Notes under the pieces: model-generated | Seen by the model: the letters and a program-made list of their open reading frames with translations, nothing else | Databases searched by the model: none | What the model was told of the DNA's origin: nothing | Translations under genes and position numbers: made by a program | Part shown: in pieces, positions 1 through 11,227 of the stretch | Position numbering within the stretch: position 1 is the stretch's first letter | Layout: every line of letters begins with the position of its first letter | From: Nitrososphaeraceae archaeon | GTDB taxonomy: Archaea > Thermoproteota > Nitrososphaeria > Nitrososphaerales > Nitrososphaeraceae | Reading direction: 5' to 3' | Assembly (NCBI GenBank): GCA_035250975.1 | Contig: DATFEP010000076.1 | Span: 1-64,000, forward strand | Length of the DNA stretch: 64,000 bases

Positions 1-175
1 GTCTACTTATTTTTATCTTCCAAATTTGCTATTTATCTACCTATTCAGTAGTTAACCAATCAATTAATCAAATCATACGGAACTGGTAGATGGTTTCCAA
101 TGTATTTCGTTTTTAATTTCTTTATTGTGATATCCTTCCAGTGCATACAGAATAAAAGTGGAAAATTGATTTGTT

Positions 176-601
176 TTATTTTCTGATGGCAGTTTTATTT
201 TCTGCGGATGGTTCAAGTCCTATTTTATCGACTAAAGAACAGTGATGTTCTGCATCATATTTTCCATCTGAACTTGTTACATAGACATCACATTCACCAA
301 ACACACCAGATAGTTGTTTTTCCCATGTAGGACTCTCGGTATTAGGGATGGCTACCTTTATCGTATACCAAATGTATTCAGTACCTGTTTCACAAGTCGA
401 ATTAAATTTAGCATCACAATGAGGTGGATCTACTGGCACTTCCATCCACAATTCTGCAGTATTATTACTCAAGTTATGCAATGTCATATGTGTAGATGCG
501 GCATAGATATTTTGAGTCAATACAAAAATTGTTCCACTTATTGCAGCAATTAATATTAACATGGAGAGTAAATTTTTCTTCATTAGAAAAGGTTTCGTCA
601 T
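176..601 (-). CDS. Secreted Cys-containing hypothetical protein (start may be MKKNLL)
   Basis: N-terminal hydrophobic signal ending IYA-A; four Cys in the mature part. Confidence 0.6.
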   Translation of the reverse strand: MTKPFLMKKNLLSMLILIAAISGTIFVLTQNIYAASTHMTLHNLSNNTAELWMEVPVDPPHCDAKFNSTCETGTEYIWYTIKVAIPNTESPTWEKQLSGVFGECDVYVTSSDGKYDAEHHCSLVDKIGLEPSAENKTAIRK

Positions 602-607
602 TTGCAG

Positions 608-847
608 TTAATCTCTTTTGTATTTCTTTGATTCTTCTTCTGTTACTTTAAAAAAGACGGTATGACCATCAAAACTGTCTACTAAGTTTTTAGGAATATA
701 AAATTTGTCTTTGTCTACAGTGCCTTTTTGTGTTATTATATAGTCTGCACCAACGTCTTGAACTTCTCCAAGGTTTGCATCACCTAACCCTCTTGCTTCT
801 TTTTTAATGATATCTTTAGAATTATATCGAGTGTTTTCACTTGACAT
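608..847 (-). CDS. PRC-barrel-like / DUF2171-like small protein typical of Nitrososphaerales
   Basis: KEARG..D.LGEVQDV...YIITQKG....KFYIPK.LV..FDG pattern. Confidence 0.65.
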   Translation of the reverse strand: MSSENTRYNSKDIIKKEARGLGDANLGEVQDVGADYIITQKGTVDKDKFYIPKNLVDSFDGHTVFFKVTEEESKKYKRD

Positions 848-1245
848 ATATCAATAAGTATTACATTTTATATAACTATTTTATTTTAAAATCTACAAAT
901 ATACTACACAAAAGAAAATGTTGTAATTAACGAATATAATATTAAAAACTTTGTATCTTTACGTATTTTCAGGATTCCCTCCAAGTTTATGGTACGATAC
1001 ATCCTGTATCAAGTTGGGTTGTAGAAAGAACAAAACAGACTATTACCATATGTTGTCTCTGGATTTTCGCTTGTATTTATAGGATTTCTTCTCATCAATG
1101 TTATCATAGATCATTTTGGTTTATAATAATAATCTGAGGCACTACATATTTACAAAAAATATAGTTAATCCTCTATAGATAACATACTTTTTTATAAAAA
1201 ATAAAGGTTAAATTTTTATGGTATAATTGGAATAATCATTGTAAC

Positions 1246-1764
1246 ATGAAAAACATCTCAATATTGCTAACTATAGGAATACTCTTAGTAAGTGCAGCAG
1301 TACTCACATCTCTGCCTAGAAACGTGGCAGCACAAGCTATGAATGCAACCGATTACATGATGACAGAGGAAGAAATAAAGACAAAAATAACAGATTTTAA
1401 GGCAAAGCATCCAAAGTTTGCCGCTATTCTTGAAGAAATACCGAATCTAGACTTGAAAGAGACTATCAAAGCTAAGATAGCTACTGAAGCACTACAAAAG
1501 ATGTTGAAATTCCATGCAAAGAATCTAGTTCAAGAGAAAGTAACAAATCAGACTAGCTCACCCTTGGAAGAGATGATGACCGATGAGGAAATTCAAGCAA
1601 AGGTTGGAGATTTCAAAGCAAAGCATCCAAAGTTTGCTGCAGTAGTTGAAGGAATATCCACCTTAGACCTGAAAGAAACTGTCAAAGGTTACATCGCTGC
1701 TGAAGCAGTACAAAAGCTATTGATGCACCACGCCAAGAATCTAGTTGAGCAAGTAGTACCTTAA
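1246..1764 (+). CDS. Secreted helical protein with a tandem duplicated ~60-70 aa domain
   Basis: Signal peptide; MMTxEEI...DFKAKHPKFAA...LDLKET...HAKNLV occurs twice with a 216 nt period. Confidence 0.75.
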   Translation: MKNISILLTIGILLVSAAVLTSLPRNVAAQAMNATDYMMTEEEIKTKITDFKAKHPKFAAILEEIPNLDLKETIKAKIATEALQKMLKFHAKNLVQEKVTNQTSSPLEEMMTDEEIQAKVGDFKAKHPKFAAVVEGISTLDLKETVKGYIAAEAVQKLLMHHAKNLVEQVVP

Positions 1765-1850
1765 GTAACCAAATCTTAAATATAAAAATATTCAAAATTT
1801 TTTTTGTACATATTTTTTATATTTTATTTCATCTAGATACGTCATTTTTG

Positions 1851-3110
1851 TTACTCCCAAGGATTTCCTTTTGGTTCTACATTTTCACCATGCTCCTTCA
1901 TTACTTGAATCATCTCTGTGTCTGGTTGTGCTGGCATTTTTTCATGCGAATTAAGACAGTGCTTTAGATGTTCTTTTTCTGTCGAAAATTCATTATCACA
2001 ATAATTGCATTTAAACGGTAACTGATCAGAAAAATAAGAAATTATTCGTTTTTGAGTCATCGAATAAATTATTTGAATTAAAATTATCATATTTGAAATA
2101 TTTATATCATTTTGTGAATATTCTTCTAATTCGTATCTATTTTAGTTATTTTCAATATATTCGGAGACTCCCTTAATTTTTGAAACATCTGTATTTTCAC
2201 AATTATACTTCGGTTCCTCTGCCTTTAACGAACAAGATGAATGAGTATCTTCAGGTTTTGAGCAGATAATATCTCCAGAATCTTCACTACTATTGTTATC
2301 TTTTCTGCTAATATTTCTAATCTTAAAATAATCTTCAGAATTGTTATATTTGTATACTAATTCTTCAACCGTCGTTATTTCATTTGCGTTATGATCAAAT
2401 ATTTTTATAAAACCGTCGATGCTCTCCGAATATTTTAAAACCTCTTTAATTTTAGAGATTATATATTCTTTTGATGGGAGCGGTGCAAGATGTTCAATAA
2501 ATAACTTTCTTTTTTGTAAATATTTATTCGATTGTTCTATTTCGAATAAATTCTTATTTTTCTCGCCATTTATTAGAGGATAGTATATATTCTGTCTTTT
2601 ATCTATCGTGCTTTCGATCTTGTCTATATATCCAGAATTTATTAGAGGATAGACATAGGTATCAAGAATCTGCTTTTTAGTATACGTTTTATTATATTTC
2701 TGAAAGGTTTTGGTTACCAATTCTTCTGTTGTTACGGCTCTCCTATGTTCTGTTAATTGTTCTCCTTTACTAGTTATTTTTGAATCAGGTTCAATTTTTG
2801 AATTATACAAAGCTATGAATATATCATGATACCATTCTAGAACATATGGTCTTAGACCATTAGAATATTCCATCAAAAATAATGATTCTGATAGATCTTC
2901 AAAGAGTGCAAATGGATATTTTTGTACTTTTGTATCACCTTTTTTCCTAATTTGCAAATATGGTCTTTTACCTTGTTTAAACAAAGGGATTAATCCTATT
3001 AATCTAAATAACCTTGCAGTGAATGTGATATCGGAGGCATTATCCTTTGGTACAGACTGGGTTATAATATCTTTAAAAGGAACAATGACTGAATTTTTAC
3101 CAGGTTCCAT
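1851..3110 (-). pseudogene. Truncated/disrupted replication-type protein of an integrated element with a C-terminal C2H2 zinc finger
   Basis: ORF 2142-3110 (wHTH-like YVYPLINSGYIDK...DKRQNIYYP) continues in frame past a single TAA (2142-2144) into ORF 1851-2090 (CNYC..F..EKEHLKHC..SH); N-terminus appears missing. Confidence 0.45.
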
Positions 3111-3352
3111 TCTACCAAAGATGAACTATTATTTTTACAACTTTTAAGATAAGAACAGAATCATACAATGCTTATCTTATGTCATTTAGAACATTGTTAT
3201 AGAACATTTAATTCTCAAGTAAGACTTAAAAACATTCTAATTACAATATACAAGAACGTCCTGTATATCGCTAGTTAACAAATATCTTCCGAATAGTTAT
3301 AACACAAGATATTGGTGTTAAACTATAATTATAGGTTGAAATAAATCTAAAA

Positions 3353-4420
3353 GTGTTATCAATTATAATATTCATAGTTTCTTTTCTTTCTGTTTTTTTA
3401 AATCCGATAATTGTCACTACAGCTTCATATAACCTTAATAAAATGACATATATCGACTATTCGTTATGTCCTATTTCTAACTTTTCATGTGTACATGATA
3501 TTTCAATACAGATAAAAAAAAACCAAATTAATGACGAAAAGCTAATAAAGGCAACTTTAGAGAAAGTTGATTCTGACAAACTTAAAAATTGGCTATTTAA
3601 TTTATCGTCTTTTCATAATCGACATACGAAAACAGAGTATATAGACCAGGCTGCATATTGGATAAAAAATGAACTCCAACAGACATGTAATGGTAAAGTC
3701 TATTTTTATAATTTCAATCATCTGGATCAAGAAAAAAATTATCAATTAAAAAACATAATTTGTGATATTTCGAGTTCGAATTCAAATGTGAAAAATAGTA
3801 CTATTATAATTTCTGCCCATTATGACGACAGAATGGAGGAACTAAACAATACTGAGGCTAGAGCTCCTGGTGCTGATGATAATGCTAGCGGTGTCGCTGC
3901 CCTGCTAGAAGTAGCTCGAATACTTTCTAATATTAATTTAAAAAACAATATTCAAATTGTATTTTTCTCAGGTGAAGAACAAGGACAATGGGGATCAAAA
4001 AACTATGCAAAGGCTCTTCATGAGAATAATACAAAGATTGATCTACTCGTCAACTTAGATATGATTGGATACCCACCTCCAAGTGAACTAAATAAAGAAT
4101 ATGTGATAATTGAATATGATGAGTGGAACAAAGTACCTATGAATAATATAGATTCTAAAAAAACAGCAGAGTTTATGAAAAAAATGACTTTACATTACAC
4201 AAATCTTATCCCTCGATTACAAAATCTTAGTAATAGTGATTTCAATCCATTTGAAGCACTTGGATATACAGTAATAGGTTTACATGATGGAGGTGAAAAA
4301 TACAACCCACATTACCATAAATCATCTGATAGTCCAGATACTCTTGATATTGAGTATTTAACGTCCATTACGAAGCTAACAATAGCCACAATACTGAAAC
4401 TCAATACAAACTTAAAATAA
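3353..4420 (+). CDS. Secreted M28 family Zn metallopeptidase (aminopeptidase)
   Basis: SAHYDD, APGADDNASGVAALLEVAR, GEEQG, NLDMIG, YHKSSD motifs. Confidence 0.92.
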   Translation: MLSIIIFIVSFLSVFLNPIIVTTASYNLNKMTYIDYSLCPISNFSCVHDISIQIKKNQINDEKLIKATLEKVDSDKLKNWLFNLSSFHNRHTKTEYIDQAAYWIKNELQQTCNGKVYFYNFNHLDQEKNYQLKNIICDISSSNSNVKNSTIIISAHYDDRMEELNNTEARAPGADDNASGVAALLEVARILSNINLKNNIQIVFFSGEEQGQWGSKNYAKALHENNTKIDLLVNLDMIGYPPPSELNKEYVIIEYDEWNKVPMNNIDSKKTAEFMKKMTLHYTNLIPRLQNLSNSDFNPFEALGYTVIGLHDGGEKYNPHYHKSSDSPDTLDIEYLTSITKLTIATILKLNTNLK

Positions 4421-4442
4421 TTAATCAAAACATTCAGGGATT

Positions 4443-4778
4443 CTATAACTTTATTTCATAATATGTTCTTAATTCTAGAGGTTTTTCTAGCATTGGATTA
4501 ATTCTTTCTTCTAAATTCTGCATATGAGGTTGTTTGAAATGTTCTTCAATAGCATTTTGGTCTTCCCAAATTTCGTCAAACATAAAAACTTCCGCTTTAT
4601 CTATCGACCTATGTGGTACGTAAGCTATATTTCCAGGTTCTTTAATTGTTGGTTCTATTAAGCCATGTAAAATTTTCCATAATTCATCTCCTTTTCCCTT
4701 TTTTGCTTCAAGAAATGCTAGTAACCTTATTGTATTTTCTGTTCTATTTTCAAATTTCTGCAAATTAGTTGTATCCAT
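4443..4778 (-). CDS. Antibiotic biosynthesis monooxygenase (ABM) / putative quinol monooxygenase
   Basis: EPGNIAY...F.FDEIW.D..AIEEHF.QPH. Confidence 0.85.
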   Translation of the reverse strand: MDTTNLQKFENRTENTIRLLAFLEAKKGKGDELWKILHGLIEPTIKEPGNIAYVPHRSIDKAEVFMFDEIWEDQNAIEEHFKQPHMQNLEERINPMLEKPLELRTYYEIKL

Positions 4779-4947
4779 ACAATAATATATTGTCTAATAT
4801 AATAAATAAATAACTAATATTCTTAAATACACAATATATTGAACTTATAATTTATTTTTCTTTATCATTTCAGTTCGTTAACTACTATTCCAGTTACCAA
4901 AAGTATTTAATAGTAATCGATAGATCATTTATATCAATATTATTATT

Positions 4948-5697
4948 ATGAAGTGTTCTATTTGTGGAGTTGATAACGAAATTTCATTTACATGCAATTA
5001 TTGTAAAGAAACATTTTGTCCAGATCATCGACTCCCAATGAATCATACCTGTAGATTTCTTAATCAATACATCGAAAAAAGGAAACAGATGAATTATAAC
5101 GAACAACGAGGTTATAATTATTCTAACTTTCTAAGAAAGATGCTGAACTTCAGATCTTCAAGAACAGAATTGTATCATTTAGGTATAGCAACTATACTAG
5201 TTCTATTAGTAGGTTTATCTCTGACTGGTTATAGACACATATCGTACGAATTTATTCTTATTTTTATAAGTGCATTTCTCATACACGAATTGGCACATAA
5301 ATTACTAGCGCAATTGTATGGAAGCTGGGCAGAATTTAGGGCTGAAATTTCTGGTTTGTTAATAACTGCAATTTCTGCAATCCCTTTTTTCCCATTCAAG
5401 TTCATTGCACCAGGCGCTGTTGTTATTGGTGATTTAACACGAAATAAGTTTGGAAGAGTTGCATTAATAGGCCCTTTAACAAATTTGATTATGGGCTTTT
5501 CCTTTCTTATATTATCATATTTATTTCCATATTATCCCTATTTTGGTGTAGGAGCTAGTTTTAATGCATGGATTTCTATTTTTAATCTAATTCCGTTCGG
5601 TGTCCTAGATGGACAAAAGATCTTTAATTGGAATAAAATTGTGTGGATATGTGCCATAATTTCTGCGTCAATTCTCTTTATAATTTCATATGGTTAG
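4948..5697 (+). CDS. AN1-type Zn finger fused to an M50 (site-2) intramembrane metalloprotease
   Basis: C..C...FTCNYC...FC.DHRLP.NH.C; HELAH; NLIPFGVLDG. Confidence 0.9.
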   Translation: MKCSICGVDNEISFTCNYCKETFCPDHRLPMNHTCRFLNQYIEKRKQMNYNEQRGYNYSNFLRKMLNFRSSRTELYHLGIATILVLLVGLSLTGYRHISYEFILIFISAFLIHELAHKLLAQLYGSWAEFRAEISGLLITAISAIPFFPFKFIAPGAVVIGDLTRNKFGRVALIGPLTNLIMGFSFLILSYLFPYYPYFGVGASFNAWISIFNLIPFGVLDGQKIFNWNKIVWICAIISASILFIISYG

Positions 5698-6026
5698 TAT
5701 GAAAATTTATTTACTCTTAATTCTACAGTAAACTTTAGACTTTAATTCACCCTATTAGATCTGCTGTTTTGGGTTATTGCATTTTCAGATTTTATACTTT
5801 CATCTTAATATGAAATTGTTCTAAAAGTGTATTTCTCTGAGTACATTGTTTTGAGAACTTGTTTCATCCAATCATGTAATACCAAAAGCAAGAAGAAATT
5901 TATCTTCTATCCTGCAGAACCCATATTTTGGTGGATAATTGAATTGTATGGTTCTGTTAACATAGTCCATTATACCTTAGAATTCACCAAAAATAATATT
6001 AACATCTTTGAATAAATGAAAAAGTA

Positions 6027-6371
6027 TTGATCAAGGCATTTCCAATCTCTTACGATAGAAAAAGAGCTGAATCTGCTTTCGAACTTTTATTGCGTCATAG
6101 AGAAAGTGAGCTAAAGCAAATTGCAGAAGATATAGGCTATCCTACTTCAGGAGATCATTGGCAGGAGAAGATCCTATTATTCTGTCTTGATATAGACAAA
6201 TGTTTTATTGACTTATCAAAAGACGCTGTTGGGGATGATGAAGTATTTAAATGTAGGAATCTTATGCGAGTGATGGCCAAAAATAAAACAAATATAGAAA
6301 TTCAAAAAGTTCAGAATCTTGCATACACGATTTCAGCAGATTTCAAGTCGTTTTATGAAAGACAATCGTAG
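6027..6371 (+). CDS. Hypothetical protein
   Basis: 114 aa ORF with normal composition. Confidence 0.55.
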   Translation: MIKAFPISYDRKRAESAFELLLRHRESELKQIAEDIGYPTSGDHWQEKILLFCLDIDKCFIDLSKDAVGDDEVFKCRNLMRVMAKNKTNIEIQKVQNLAYTISADFKSFYERQS

Positions 6372-6463
6372 ACATTTCATTTTTAGTTTTAATAATAAGC
6401 AATTTTTTACGAAGAAAAAAGTTTATGGCATTAAAAAACCATTCATTTTTCCTAATTATCAAG

Positions 6464-6604
6464 CTAATTGTCAAGTACTGGAATTAATTCGGTAGAACAT
6501 TTCGAACATCTGAAGTATTCAGTCCTCGTTTCATTGGTCTCTACAACTACATATTCATCGCATTTCGTACAATACATGATTGCCTGCGTAGTTTTAAAGT
6601 CCAT
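6464..6604 (-). CDS. Small zinc-ribbon protein, 46 aa (not in ORF track)
   Basis: MDFKTTQAIMYCTKCDEYVVVETNETRTEYFRCSKCSTELIPVLDN*; two CxxC; TATA-like element upstream. Confidence 0.7.
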   Translation of the reverse strand: MDFKTTQAIMYCTKCDEYVVVETNETRTEYFRCSKCSTELIPVLDN

Positions 6605-6898
6605 ATATACAATACTCATTACTTTCTTTTAAATTTGTCTATAAATATTTACAAAATATACTAGTCCATAAAAAAAGAAATAAAGATTAGAGAATGAAGA
6701 AAAAAGATTTACTCTTTTCTATTTTCTCAGGAAAACTTGAAAATAAAAATCATAGATCTATATCCTTATTTGTGAAATATAACTTCACTCCTTTAAATGA
6801 GGATAGTGAGATTAAAATATAAGAAATATTTTCATTTTGAACTGTGATCTTTATATATAATTTTATACTGTATATCCCACTACATCTGTTACACCTCT

Positions 6899-7020
6899 TC
6901 AATATACATGTGCTGGTGTCCTATAGTTCAATGATATATGTACCCTTTTGTTATCGTAGTATTTAATAAATTGCCCATGTCTTTGGAATCTTGGGTATTT
7001 ATTTTTTTCACTTTTCATTC
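6899..7020 (-). mobile_element. C-terminal remnant of an IS3/IS481-type integrase-core transposase
   Basis: Translates QFIKYYDNKRVHISLNYRTPAHVY*, the typical YN..R.H.SL...TP tail. Confidence 0.55.
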
Positions 7021-7516
7021 CTAAGATATTTAATCAATCAATCTGTGTTATGCTTGGTACTTCATTAAGTGCCAAAAATGATGGAGGATTCATATGACAA
7101 AGTGATTCTAACTCGGAATCCTAATAGTGGATTACCTGCATCCCCACGAAAGGTTAGTATAATTGAACACCATGATATGATTAATAAATCATCAGCTCCT
7201 GAAAACATATTGGAAGCTTTAATCAGACACTAGATTACTAAAGAAAATAAGGAAAAATAATTAATCCATAGCTTTTTTCCATAATTATAATAATTATTTA
7301 TGATGTTATTTAGATGAATGCAATTACTATCTTTTCCATATTTTATGTCGATTATAGAGATATTTGTTGTATGCCATTAGAATTAATTGGTTAATCCATA
7401 GAAGATTTACTTAGTAGAATTGGTAGGCTGTAGCTAAGGATATGGCGAAATTAGAAGGTTTATAATAATTACTTAAATTAATTATAATATATTAAGACCT
7501 GAATATCTTTTAAGTT

Positions 7517-8078
7517 ATGAAACAGAAATTAAGTTTCAAATATCTACTATTGACTTTCTCAGGAATTCTTCTTTTGGGATTGGTATTATCGTCCCCCTTT
7601 GGAACTAATAATGAAGTATTTTCTTATACGCAAATGACTGGTAAAGATATGACAGAATAATTCCACAGCAATGCAAACTGGTCAACAAATGAAAGGAATG
7701 GACATGGGCCAAGGTCAACAAATGAAAGGAATGGAAATGGGCCAAGGTCAACAAATGAAAGAAATGGACATGGGAGAAATGATGAAGACGATGCCTCCAC
7801 ATTATTCTAAATCCACTTATCATCTGATGAGTTCAGTCAAGGGAATACAAATTTCAGGACTTGATATAATAAATGATAAAGAATTATCGGCTAAAATCAA
7901 AAGTAACTCATCTAACACAGTTAACCAAAATCTAACATTAGTAGGAGGTGGAGGTGATTTAGCTGGGTCTGCATCAGTAAAAGAAGGATGGAAGGATAAT
8001 ACTAAAACTAATCTTAAGTTACAAGGCAGCGGATCACTTTTCAGTCTAGAAGGTATACATTTACATCTATTCCCCTAA
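7517..8078 (+). pseudogene. Frameshifted secreted Met-rich (putative Cu(I)-binding) protein
   Basis: ATG 7517 encodes signal peptide MKQKLSFKYLLLTFSGILLLGLVLSSPF..., stop at 7658-7660; the +1 frame (QNNSTAM...) joins ORF 7671-8078. Confidence 0.7.
7680..7778 (+). repeat. 3 x 33-bp coding tandem repeat (GQQMKGMDMGQ)
   Basis: ggtcaacaaatgaaaggaatggacatgggccaa and two variants. Confidence 0.92.
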
Positions 8079-8324
8079 CTAAAACAAAGTATTATTTTCA
8101 TCTATCTCACCATAGATTTTTTTCTTTATTTGATTTGAAAATGGACATCTAGATTTTCAGTCTCAAATATTCTTTGGGTCGACATCCATCTTCGTAAAAT
8201 CTATATTTATCTCCACTTTTTTTGAAAATCTATACTTAAGGTGCATATAATTGTGTTAGAAGATATTGATAATTCATTTTTTTCTTATTTATTATATTTG
8301 TTACTAAAAAAAAGAATAAAGAGA

Positions 8325-8963
8325 TTATTCTACGTGTCCTAAGCCGTCGTTGTCATGGTTAGCATCATTCAAGTTAAAAACTGGATTTTTGCCACCTGCT
8401 AAATCAGCTGGTAATTTTTGATTTCCTTCATAAAATTGTCCTATGCTTCCTAGTGATCTCTGAACGTTTATGTCTACTACATCTCCAGGATTAAAGGTTA
8501 CATCTTCATCACCGAAGTTTATCAAGTCAACATCTGTGATTCTTGGTGACCCGCCATTGAGAGGATCAGGAAGATGTGAATGGTATACACAACTGCCAGC
8601 TGTAGAAGCAAAGTCTATGACATATAATGGAACAAAGTCAACGTGTGTAAATTCAGCAGATTCATCTATATGCCCTGCAATTACTGAAACTAGTGGTTCC
8701 CTTGTAACCTCATCACATGGTCCTCTGAATAAAAAGTGACCTGAAATAAAGTTTGGACTTGCATCATATACAGGAACAACACCTAGATGCGGTAAAGTTA
8801 TACCATTTAAATTTACATGGGTGTTGTCTGGAATACTATCTCCTTGGACTCCTGCTTCGAAACTATGACTGGCGAATACATCTAATGACATCGAGGATAA
8901 AGATCCTAGGCTTAGAAATGTTGCCATCAAAACTACAAATATTTTAGTTTTTTGTATAAACAT
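8325..8963 (-). CDS. Secreted His/Cys-containing protein, paralog of 19417-20007; real start probably ATG 8963
   Basis: Signal MFIQKTK...VFA-SHS; YDASP..GH....PCD, CVYH, ITDVDL.N motifs; operator 35 nt upstream of 8963. Confidence 0.8.
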   Translation of the reverse strand: MFIQKTKIFVVLMATFLSLGSLSSMSLDVFASHSFEAGVQGDSIPDNTHVNLNGITLPHLGVVPVYDASPNFISGHFLFRGPCDEVTREPLVSVIAGHIDESAEFTHVDFVPLYVIDFASTAGSCVYHSHLPDPLNGGSPRITDVDLINFGDEDVTFNPGDVVDINVQRSLGSIGQFYEGNQKLPADLAGGKNPVFNLNDANHDNDGLGHVE

Positions 8964-8997
8964 TGATTTCAAAATGTAAATAAAGTATAAAAAATAT

Positions 8998-9017
8998 TTG
9001 GTACATTCGTCGAATAA
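8998..9017 (-). promoter_or_regulatory. Operator copy 1 (for gene starting 8963)
   Basis: ttggtacattcgtcgaataa; exact 20-bp inverted copy of 9112-9131. Confidence 0.85.
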
Positions 9018-9111
9018 TGCGAAGTTTTTCATTATGTTATTTTATAATGAATTTTGTTATAAAATAACATCTATAATAATTATATTTCTATATTATTGAT
9101 TTATATTACAT

Positions 9112-9131
9112 TTATTCGACGAATGTACCAA
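9112..9131 (+). promoter_or_regulatory. Operator copy 2 (for gene 9166)
   Basis: ttattcgacgaatgtaccaa followed by an AT-rich TATA element; the ...GTACCA end lies 35 nt before the ATG. Confidence 0.85.
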
Positions 9132-9165
9132 TGTATTTTTATTTCTGTGTTGAATTGTTTTTCTT

Positions 9166-9957
9166 ATGAAGAAAATATTTATATCTTCAGCGAATATATT
9201 GGTAATACTTGCAGGTATCGCCATAATCTCAGCAAGTTCTTTTTCTCTGAATGAAGCCTTGGCAAAACCACATGCAAGTCTAACATTGGATTCAGACGAA
9301 CCTAACGTAAATCCTATTAGCGTAGTATTAGGGCATACTAACGAACCATCATTTGGCAAGTTACCTGGTCTACATGACGGAAAACATTTTCTAGAAGTTG
9401 AGATATCTGACAGTGCAACTACTCTACCAATTAGAACTGCTACGCTCTTTGCAGATAAATACTATTTTAAAGATATAAAGAGTTTTGAAAACGCGCAAAG
9501 TTTACAGGATGCAGATGATATTGAATTAAATGTACCAATTAGTTCTGTATTTGGTTCCCCTGGACTTTTTTATAATAGACAAGTTCAGGATCCGGGAATA
9601 TATGGATACACTCTAAGGGGTTCTATTGATTATTATGGGGTGGGTATAGTGAATATACCTAACGACCCAGAGCCAACCATATTTTGTACTATAGAAGGGA
9701 AGGACACATCCAAATTTAATAAAGGCGCTTGGTCAGGAAGCTATGGTTGTACACAGAATCTGAAAAGTATCTTCTTCCCAGAATCTGCTAAATATCCAGA
9801 CAAATATCCTCCTAAATACCCTAAATCTAACTACCCTGAACCTGAAAACCCTAACCCTGGTGAATACAGTGATTACACGGGCGGATATAATTACGGATCT
9901 GGATACGGTAACGAAAACGAATATCAAACGTATAACAGTGGATATAGGACTGAATAA
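9166..9957 (+). CDS. Secreted Ig-like (YtkA/FixH-like) protein with Pro/Tyr/Gly-rich tail; distant paralog of 15461
   Basis: Signal peptide; VLGHTNEP...PG.Y.Y.L.G.I resembles TAGWDAEP...PGTY...G.F.L.L.G.L; tail KYPDKYPPKYP. Confidence 0.7.
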   Translation: MKKIFISSANILVILAGIAIISASSFSLNEALAKPHASLTLDSDEPNVNPISVVLGHTNEPSFGKLPGLHDGKHFLEVEISDSATTLPIRTATLFADKYYFKDIKSFENAQSLQDADDIELNVPISSVFGSPGLFYNRQVQDPGIYGYTLRGSIDYYGVGIVNIPNDPEPTIFCTIEGKDTSKFNKGAWSGSYGCTQNLKSIFFPESAKYPDKYPPKYPKSNYPEPENPNPGEYSDYTGGYNYGSGYGNENEYQTYNSGYRTE

Positions 9958-10129
9958 AGAAGAATAAACTACAGTCTACTTCCTTTAATTTTTTAATTTT
10001 TTTGATGACCATTTAATCAAAAATTAATAGCTTTTTAGTCTCAATTAAGTTCAAGTAAACGTATAGATTTAGATATTTTATTTCTTATCTACAGTAATAA
10101 TTAGATTTGAAAAAATAGAAGATCCAACA

Positions 10130-11030
10130 TCGTAGTATGTATTCTCCTTATCTGTACTTGGTTAAGTCTAACTGAAACATCTAAAACATTATCATCTTTG
10201 AGGACGAAATAAAAGTTATGTTTCTATATGGAACTAGCCTCAAATATTTGAACGATATCCGATTTAAAGTAGAAAAAGAATAGTATCCTGCAAACATCGT
10301 TAGGCACCGAAATACGGGGTCGAAGATCTGACTCTAAAAACAGTGATTGAATCACATACCGTTTCACTAACATATGCAGACTTTCGCACAGATGGGATTT
10401 CAACCAGAAGTTATCAAGAAAAATATCTGTATACACAACATCCAAAGGGGAGAAAGAACATTTTAAAAAAGATCCAGGAAGATGCTGGAAGGTCTCCATC
10501 AACAGAAAGATTCACGGTATTATCTACAGACGAATCGTTCTCATTCTGCGATTATCTTGCAATATTCTAGATAAGAGAAGATAAAAGACCTGTGGTAAGA
10601 ATCAAGTTGTCACATCTGAAATCTGTTAGATTTAGTACCACAAGTCTGGAAGCAAAACAACAGCTATTCATACAATATGACTGGTTTGATGAAAGCACAT
10701 TTCTGGATTATCTGAAACATATTCACAGAAACCTTCCAAAATGTTAATCGTTTTTGGATAAATCAAAGCAACAATACTACAGATCGAAAAAAGTACTGAC
10801 ATACTTTGACAAACAGACAAAAGATCTGATTACAATATATCTAACGACAGTATCTCCAGAATTCATGGTATTGGAAGAATGCTAAAATATATCCGAGAAT
10901 GATCTTCTTGTTCTACATTGCTTTTCATTATTAGAGATTTAACAAATAAAATATCTCCATATTTTAGAACAAAAAGATTCAATCTTGATACGAGGATCTA
11001 TCTGTTGGAAGACGTCATATAATATAGGCT
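10130..11030 (+). mobile_element. Decayed IS630-family transposase pseudogene (boundaries approximate)
   Basis: Fragments QLFIQYDWFDESTFLDYLKHIHR, FLDK, VSPEFMVLEEC* resemble the DDE_3 SPELNPIE.W region; many stops and frameshifts. Confidence 0.7.
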
Positions 11031-11168
11031 AAGCAGTATATTATTTAGATAAAACTGTTTTTGAAAATTATGTATGTTGAATTATTAATTGATGCATAGT
11101 CATATCGTATGTGATAATATAATAAAATAATCGAATTTTAGCGAAAAAAAGGGTAATATAAATAAGCA

Positions 11169-11185
11169 ATTCGATTGATGTACCA
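11169..11185 (+). promoter_or_regulatory. Operator copy 3 (for the 11228-copCD operon)
   Basis: attcgattgatgtacca followed by taaagtattaaa. Confidence 0.65.
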
Positions 11186-11227
11186 TAAAGTATTAAATTC
11201 GAGAATAAGAATAATATTTCAATCTAT

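Noticed and set aside
1218-1236. tggtataattggaataat as an operator copy
   Set aside because: Spacing differs from the consensus and no target at the expected distance
7605-7823. His-rich minus-strand ORF
   Set aside because: Antisense of the Met repeat (ATG read as CAT)
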